In this document: positions 58,176 to 64,000 of the stretch, one piece after another
How the letters are laid out: each line of letters starts with the position of its first letter
Numbering within the stretch: position 1 is the first letter of the stretch
From: Candidatus Poribacteria bacterium
GTDB taxonomy: Bacteria; Poribacteria; WGA-4E; JAJDTR01
Direction of reading: 5' to 3'
Length of the DNA stretch: 64,000 bases
NCBI GenBank assembly: GCA_965222225.1
Contig: CBDCTK010000002.1
Location: 4,896,001-4,960,000 of the forward strand
The notes under the pieces: generated by a model
What the model saw: the letters and a program-made list of their open reading frames with translations, nothing else
The model's database searches: none
Told to the model about the DNA's origin: nothing
Translations under genes and position numbers: made by a program

Positions 58176-59948
58176 TTATTCCAAGCGTCGCGCTATTTGA
58201 ACCACTCGGCGAAGTTGTTCCGTAAGAGGGGTGTAGTCAGCAACAAATCTACTGGAAAGACTAGCTAACTGTCGTCCAAGCGAGTTTATTGACTTTTCGA
58301 GTTCTTGTTGAAGAGCGGTATCCAAGCGTTGGAATTGCTGATCCATACGCTCTGTGCTGCCTTGGAAAAAGCGCTCAGTTTCAGACCGGAGGAGAGTTGA
58401 TTGTGCCTGTACTGTGTTCCCTAAGTCTCGTGTTAAATCCTCTATGGTGCGTTTCAATTGTTGAGAGATATTCTGGATAACAGATTCGACCTGAACTGTA
58501 ACATTCTGGAAGGCTTCTCTTTGCCTAGCCATATCTGCGTGTGAATTGTCTATGCTCTCCGTAACGTGCACTGAAAACTCTCTGACGGCTTCTTGGAGGC
58601 TTTGTACTGAGGCATGTGAATTGTCAATCGCTTCTCTAACTACAGTTGAAAAGCGATTGGCGATTTCTTCTAGTCGCCCGCTCGCGTTCTCTACCATCGT
58701 CTGAAGGTGTGTTGATTGATTTTGAAGCGTGTCCTCCAATCCTCGGTTCGTAGTAATGATAGTGGATTGAAGTTGTTGAGACTGATCTTCTAAAGCGCTT
58801 CTATAATCTTGAAACGCATCAGCAATGACCTGTTCAACCCGTTCGGAGGTTCTTTCAAAAACAGCTTCGGTTTGCTGTTGAATGCGATTACCTGTGTTTT
58901 CCACGGTTGTCCCAAGTTGCTGGGACTGATTGGCTAAGGCTTCTCTCTGGTTTTGCATGGAGGCGTGCGAATTGTCTATGGTCTCTTGGACAACAGTTGA
59001 AAAGCCATCCGTTAGCTGGTTTAACCGTGCCTCAATAATCGGAAACGCACTGCCAGCATTCTCAGCCAGTGTACTAAATGCTTCTAAATGCGTATCCAGT
59101 TGTCCTATTTGGTGTTGTAGTGCTCGAAGTATGGGGTCAAGTTGTTCTGCACTTGAAACGATGGCATCACTCCGATCAGCGATAATTGCCAGTGACTGGC
59201 GAGATTGTTCCACGCTTTCTGCCGCAATCCGGAACTGAGCAGCCAATTCATTCATCTGTTGCCGGTATTGTTCCTGCCAGTCGTTGATTCTTCCAACCGC
59301 TTCGTTCAATTGCCTGAAGTTATCTCCGAACTGTTCATTGATTTTCGCGTTGAAATCTCGCATAACTTCCTCAAGAGCTTCGATCAGCGCCTGAGTATTA
59401 TTCTCCGCCATCTGTTCTGCAAATTCGCTAAAGGCACGAACCAAATCATCCTGCTTGTCGGAAAAGGTTGTTCTCAACTTTTGCAACTGTGTCAAAACGG
59501 TACTGTCACCTTCTCCAGTTAATGATTTTTCAATAGATTGGAGAGATTCTCTGGTTTCCATACCTTCTTTTTGTTCAACTTCTAGGATATTCCTCAACAA
59601 GTCGGCTAGGTCATCAACCGTTGCACCGGAATAGGTTTCCGTTGATTCAGAATGTCTTCTCTGATTGTTTAGGTTTGACCATTTGAGGTAAATCGCCCCG
59701 GCGATGCCGGCAATGGAAGTGAAGAACGCCGCCTTCAAACCCTCAAGTAGCTTGGGCACGCTATTCTCAATATCCTTTGTATCGAAATTTAACAGGCCCC
59801 AAGCGATACCGACAAATGTTCCAAGTACACCGATGACGGTTACGATTGAGGCGATGGCATTGACTTGTTGGTGTCGAAATTTCCGAAACCGGTAGATTGC
59901 TACACCCATGAGTGCTAATGCTACGAAAATGATTAAGTACATGTCCAT
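58176..59948 (-). CDS. zorA: Zorya ZorA (MotA-like TM domain with a long helical tail)
   Basis: Three TM segments incl. GVLGTFVGI and AFFTSIAG; FGDNFRQLNEAV..WQEQYR; ~480-aa coiled-coil tail. Confidence 0.9.
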   Translation of the reverse strand: MDMYLIIFVALALMGVAIYRFRKFRHQQVNAIASIVTVIGVLGTFVGIAWGLLNFDTKDIENSVPKLLEGLKAAFFTSIAGIAGAIYLKWSNLNNQRRHSESTETYSGATVDDLADLLRNILEVEQKEGMETRESLQSIEKSLTGEGDSTVLTQLQKLRTTFSDKQDDLVRAFSEFAEQMAENNTQALIEALEEVMRDFNAKINEQFGDNFRQLNEAVGRINDWQEQYRQQMNELAAQFRIAAESVEQSRQSLAIIADRSDAIVSSAEQLDPILRALQHQIGQLDTHLEAFSTLAENAGSAFPIIEARLNQLTDGFSTVVQETIDNSHASMQNQREALANQSQQLGTTVENTGNRIQQQTEAVFERTSERVEQVIADAFQDYRSALEDQSQQLQSTIITTNRGLEDTLQNQSTHLQTMVENASGRLEEIANRFSTVVREAIDNSHASVQSLQEAVREFSVHVTESIDNSHADMARQREAFQNVTVQVESVIQNISQQLKRTIEDLTRDLGNTVQAQSTLLRSETERFFQGSTERMDQQFQRLDTALQQELEKSINSLGRQLASLSSRFVADYTPLTEQLRRVVQIARRLE

Positions 59949-60283
59949 ACTGGTAACTTCCTCCGTTTAAATCTGAAGTCTGTGTTTGGTTTAGCATGAC
60001 GTGTGAGTCGACCCATGACAAAATTCTATGGGACATTCATCGCAAAAATGGAGTTCCTAATTGTATCGCTTCATCATCACACTGTCAACAATCGATACAC
60101 GGCAGAATGGTGACACGACGATACACCGTAATCGTCTCAATTTGGTACTGTGGGTTGATGAATACCTTGTCCATCCGTGCTAGTGATGCCCTTTTTCTGT
60201 TGATCGGGGTAATTGCCCGTGATAGAATAAATTTGCGGGAGTACGAAGTCTCAACGGGAGCACTCATAACTCGGAGGGATACC

Positions 60284-60559
60284 ATGGCAGAACACCAAAA
60301 TGACAAAAATCAGGCGTATTGGCGGAAGAACCTCCACTATCTAGCTCGTCTGTTGACTGTATGGTTCATTGTGTCCTATGGCTGTGCGATTCTGTTCGTT
60401 GACTATCTCGACAAAATCAAGATTGGCGGATTTCGGCTCGGTTTCTGGTTTGCACAATAAGGATCTATCTATATCTTCGTAGTTCTGATTTTCATCTATG
60501 TCAAGTTGATGAATCGCTTGGATAAGAGTCACGATGTAGATGAAGAGGAGCGAAGCTGA
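60284..60559 (+). pseudogene. DUF4212-family small membrane partner of a solute symporter, with an in-frame TAA at 60458
   Basis: YWRKNL...GFWFAQ*GSIYIFVVLIFIYVKLMNRLD; the family motif is FWFAQQGS; GGAGG RBS. Confidence 0.85.
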
Positions 60560-60561
60560 TT

Positions 60562-62343
60562 ATGACCGTGCAAGCTTGGATATTCGTGATGGTAGGATTT
60601 ACCTTCGCGCTCTACGTCGGCGTAGCGATTCGATCGAGGGCAGGCTCAACGGGGGAGTTCTACGTTGCGGGTGGCAGTGTGCGTCCGGTAGTAAACGGCA
60701 TGGCGACAGCCGCAGACTGGATGAGCGCCGCATCGTTCATCTCCATGGCGGGGCTTATCTCGTTCATAGGACGCGACGGTTCCGTCTATCTGATGGGCTG
60801 GACTGGTGGCTACGTGTTACTAGCGTTGCTGCTGGCGCCATACCTGCGAAAGTTTGGGAAATATACCGTGCCGGACTTTGTGGGCGATAGGTATTACTCA
60901 AGAGCCGCTCGGGTGGTTGCCGTCGTCTGCGCGATTTTTGTATCGTTCACGTACGTCGCGGGGCAAATGCGCGGCGTAGGCATTGTGTTCTCACGATTCC
61001 TCAACGTTGAAATCACGTCGGGTGTCCTAATCGGCATGGGCATCGTGTTCTTTTACGCCGTGTTGGGGGGAATGAAGGGCATCACCTATACACAGGTCGT
61101 GCAATACTGCGTGCTAATCTTCGCCTATCTCGTGCCGGCAATCTTCATCTCCTTGTTGATGACCGGAAATATCATTCCGCAACTCGGATTCGGTGGGACG
61201 TTAGCGGACGGGTCAGGGGAGTTTTTACTTGATAGGCTGGACGGCTTGAGTCGGGATCTTGGATTCCATCTGTATACCGACGGGAGCAAGACGACGATAG
61301 ATGTGTTCTGCATCACGGCGGCGCTCATGGTCGGCACGGCAGGATTGCCGCACGTCATTGTACGCTTCTATACGGTGCCCAGAGTTGCTGCCGCGCGCAG
61401 TTCTGCGGGCTGGGCGCTGTTATTCATTGCCCTTCTTTACACCACCGCTCCCGCCGTAGCTGCGTTTGCGAGAACAAACCTACTGACAACAATTTCGGAG
61501 AAGAGCTATCAAGAAGTTCCGGACTGGTTCAAGAACTGGGAAGAAACCGGTTTATTGGCATGGGCGGACAAGAATTCGGATGGAAAGATACAATATGTGG
61601 CAGGTTCGGCAATTGACGGAAAGAAACCAATTTTTGGCAGTGGCAGGGGGGCTTCCGGTGAGCGCGTCGTCACGAACGCAAATCCAAATACAAAGAATGA
61701 ACTCTACGTAGACCGAGACATTATGGTGCTTGCAAACCCGGAAATCGCCAAACTGCCCAACTGGATTGTCGGTTTAGTCGCCGCGGGCGGCTTGGCAGCG
61801 GCGCTCTCCACCGCCGCAGGATTGCTGCTTGTCATTTCCACCTCGGTCGCGCATGACCTGCTCAAACGGGAGATCCGTCCGGAAATTAACGAAAAAAGGG
61901 AGTTGATCGCCGCGCGAATTGCCGCAGGCGTGGCGGTTTGTATTGCAGGCTACTTTGGCATCAATCCGCCCGGGTTCGTGGGTCAAGTCATCGCATTTGC
62001 GTTCGGTTTGGCGGCGGCGTCCTTTTTCCCTGCCATCGTCATGGGTATTTTCTCAAAGCGGATGAACAAGTTCGGCGCCATTAGCGGCATGATTGTCGGG
62101 ATTACCTTTACCGCGGGGTATATCATGTTCTTTAAGTTCATTCGACCCGAACTCAACACGTCCGGCCACTGGTTGCTAGGTATATCACCGGAAGGGATTG
62201 GGATCTTGGGAATGATACTCAATTTCGTGGTGTCTATCACGGTTTCGGCTCTAACCCCTCCGCCTCCGGGTGAAATTCAGGAGTTGGTTGAATATATTCG
62301 CGTTCCGCGAGGCGCCGGTGAGGCACGCGAATTATCCGTTTAA
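60562..62343 (+). CDS. Sodium:solute symporter, ActP-like (cation/acetate symporter family)
   Basis: NGMATAADWMSAASF, GTAGLPHV and AAALSTAAGLL; ~13-14 TM segments. Confidence 0.93.
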   Translation: MTVQAWIFVMVGFTFALYVGVAIRSRAGSTGEFYVAGGSVRPVVNGMATAADWMSAASFISMAGLISFIGRDGSVYLMGWTGGYVLLALLLAPYLRKFGKYTVPDFVGDRYYSRAARVVAVVCAIFVSFTYVAGQMRGVGIVFSRFLNVEITSGVLIGMGIVFFYAVLGGMKGITYTQVVQYCVLIFAYLVPAIFISLLMTGNIIPQLGFGGTLADGSGEFLLDRLDGLSRDLGFHLYTDGSKTTIDVFCITAALMVGTAGLPHVIVRFYTVPRVAAARSSAGWALLFIALLYTTAPAVAAFARTNLLTTISEKSYQEVPDWFKNWEETGLLAWADKNSDGKIQYVAGSAIDGKKPIFGSGRGASGERVVTNANPNTKNELYVDRDIMVLANPEIAKLPNWIVGLVAAGGLAAALSTAAGLLLVISTSVAHDLLKREIRPEINEKRELIAARIAAGVAVCIAGYFGINPPGFVGQVIAFAFGLAAASFFPAIVMGIFSKRMNKFGAISGMIVGITFTAGYIMFFKFIRPELNTSGHWLLGISPEGIGILGMILNFVVSITVSALTPPPPGEIQELVEYIRVPRGAGEARELSV

Positions 62344-62365
62344 GCGAATAGACTGATTCTATCTG

Positions 62366-63370
62366 ATGTCTAATTCTTCGCCTAGCCCCGATACGATTGA
62401 AAGATACGACAGCGCGCTCTTGCCAGCCTTGGCGTTATTGGCGGGGCGGCAACTCGATCTGTTCACACGACTCAAAGATGATCCAATGAGCGCCGAAGGC
62501 ATTGCCGAGGCTCTTGGCGTCAATGCGTCGAAACTGGAATTGCTTCTATGCGCGCTTGCTGCCGCGGGAGTATTGACCGTGGACGCCGGACTGTTTTCTA
62601 ACACTCCCGAAGCAAACCACTTCTTGGTGCGAGGTGAGCCAAACTATATCGGCGGGGGACGCGACATCGATCTGTGGGCGCATCTGCTAGGCACGGTGCT
62701 AAAGACGGCGGATTCCGTACGGACAGGATGCCCGCAAGCTCGGCATGACTACAGAAACATGCCGGCGGAGGAGTTGGAACGATTTTTCCGAAAGCTGCAT
62801 CCGGGCGCGCTAGCAGCCGGACGCGACCTTGTATCAAGGTATGATTTCTCCTCCTGTCGCAGGATGCTTGATGTTGGTGGTGGCTCTGGCGGACTTGCAA
62901 TTGCAGTGACGGAAGCGTGCCCTCACATTTGCGCGACTATAGTAGACCTTCCGACCGTAACCCCTTTTACTCAACAATTCGTCAATGAGTCTAGTGCCAA
63001 AGATCGGCTTCGCGTATTAACGGCAGATGTCGTGAATGAAAAGTTGACCGGCAGCTACAATCTTGCGGTGTTGAAAGCATTTACTCAAACCCTTTCGCGA
63101 AATGGAATACGGGGAGCTCTTGGAAATGTTAGTAATGTCATTGAACCGGGAGGCACGGTTTGTATCCTGGCACACATTTTAGACGACTCACGATTATCGC
63201 CGAGCGAAACGGCGGTATTCAATCTCGTTTTCCTGAATATTTATGAGGATGGACAAGCGTATACTGTGAGTGAGTATTATGAGTGGTTGGAAGAAGCCGG
63301 TTTTGGTGAAGTTGAACAGACATTTCTTGAGGGTGGTTCCAGACTTCTATTGGCTCGTAAGCCCAAATAG
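62366..63370 (+). CDS. O-methyltransferase (Methyltransf_2 with dimerisation domain)
   Basis: N-terminal wHTH dimerisation region, LDVGGGSG and DLP. Confidence 0.88.
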   Translation: MSNSSPSPDTIERYDSALLPALALLAGRQLDLFTRLKDDPMSAEGIAEALGVNASKLELLLCALAAAGVLTVDAGLFSNTPEANHFLVRGEPNYIGGGRDIDLWAHLLGTVLKTADSVRTGCPQARHDYRNMPAEELERFFRKLHPGALAAGRDLVSRYDFSSCRRMLDVGGGSGGLAIAVTEACPHICATIVDLPTVTPFTQQFVNESSAKDRLRVLTADVVNEKLTGSYNLAVLKAFTQTLSRNGIRGALGNVSNVIEPGGTVCILAHILDDSRLSPSETAVFNLVFLNIYEDGQAYTVSEYYEWLEEAGFGEVEQTFLEGGSRLLLARKPK

Positions 63371-63421
63371 CTTCTACTGCGGTGATAGCGAAGGTTTCAC
63401 CGAACACCAAAGATAATTATC

Positions 63422-64000
63422 ATGGCTCTTTTTGAACAGAACTATCAAGATGCGCGAAAACAGATTGCTCCGCTGGCACATCGGATGCGTCCGGAGTCAC
63501 TGGACGAATTCGTTGGTCAGGAGCATCTGTTGGGAAAAGATCGCCCGCTCCAAATTGCGATTGAAGAGGATTCGGTGTCCTCGTGCATTTTCTGGGGACC
63601 TCCCGGCTGCGGAAAAACAACCTTGGCTCATCTCGTCGCACAACGCACCGTGGCGCATTTTGAACCCCTCAATGCTAGTACGAGTGGAGTGCCTGAGCTG
63701 CGCAAACGGATTGCCGAAGCCGAAGAACGCCTGCGATACAACGTTCAGCGGACTATCCTTTTTCTAGATGAAATTCATCGATTCAACAAGGCGCAACAGG
63801 ATTTCCTACTCTCGTTTGTTGAAAATGGCACACTTGTGTTAATCGGTGCGACGACAGAGAACCCCTCTTTTGAGGTGAATGCGCCCCTGCTCTCGCGCAT
63901 GCAGGTTTACGTGTTTCAACCGCTGGAAGTTAACCATCTTCGCCGGTTGGTTGATCGGGCACTTGCTGACAAAGAACGTGGACTTGGCGAGTATGAAGCC
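63422..64000 (+). CDS. rarA: Replication-associated recombination protein A (partial, runs off the window)
   Basis: Translated by hand: [37 protein letters not shown] and GATTENPSF. Confidence 0.95.
   Translation, partial: MALFEQNYQDARKQIAPLAHRMRPESLDEFVGQEHLLGKDRPLQIAIEEDSVSSCIFWGPPGCGKTTLAHLVAQRTVAHFEPLNASTSGVPELRKRIAEAEERLRYNVQRTILFLDEIHRFNKAQQDFLLSFVENGTLVLIGATTENPSFEVNAPLLSRMQVYVFQPLEVNHLRRLVDRALADKERGLGEYEA

Noticed and set aside
57405-59948. Flagellar motAB or exbBD
   Set aside because: The very long MotA tail, adjacent HNH gene and absence of flagellar or TonB genes indicate Zorya type II, a known system.
60458-60460. TAA-to-Gln recoding or a suppressor tRNA
   Set aside because: Many genes here end normally in TAA and the tRNA-Gln has a standard TTG anticodon.
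63420-63767. ORF-track entries at the window end
   Set aside because: They are shadows of the rarA frame starting at 63422, which the track missed because it lacks a stop in the window.

Overview
This is a gene-dense bacterial chromosomal segment of roughly 50% GC by eye. Gene content (PhyH dioxygenase, Gfo/Idh/MocA, ThuA, TPR-propeller proteins) is compatible with Candidatus Poribacteria; that assignment is an inference. The backbone is housekeeping: rtcB, msrP, dppA-like, tatA, tmk-holB-metG, recX-alaS, larB, argD, ispE-tRNA-Gln-rplY-amidase-GerMN-pth, ftsY, actP-like and a partial rarA. A sulfur-assimilation operon is present (Rrf2/CymR-cysK-APS reductase-sulfur carrier-JAMM-NIL). Defence genes sit at three places: a frameshifted fused Type I/IIG R-M-S gene followed by a HEPN-like gene (1-4.2 kb), a stand-alone CAP12/Pycsar-type TIR gene followed by a relic of a Type III mod gene (9.4-10.4 kb), and a complete type II Zorya operon (56.5-59.9 kb) that runs directly into a divergent sigma54-like gene. 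The most unusual signal is non-coding: a ~34-bp unit (ATC-AA-hairpin-GCGATAG-N2-3-ATC) recurs at six or more intergenic loci. Its hairpin keeps invariant tandem G.A mismatches while the flanking pairs covary, it appears to insert into GTAG-type REP palindromes and into itself, and some REPs are in turn carried inside TA-ended MITEs. Also notable: the APS reductase and the Rrf2 regulator both end in a CysK-docking-like aromatic-x-Ile tail, and three genes carry single-base lesions.
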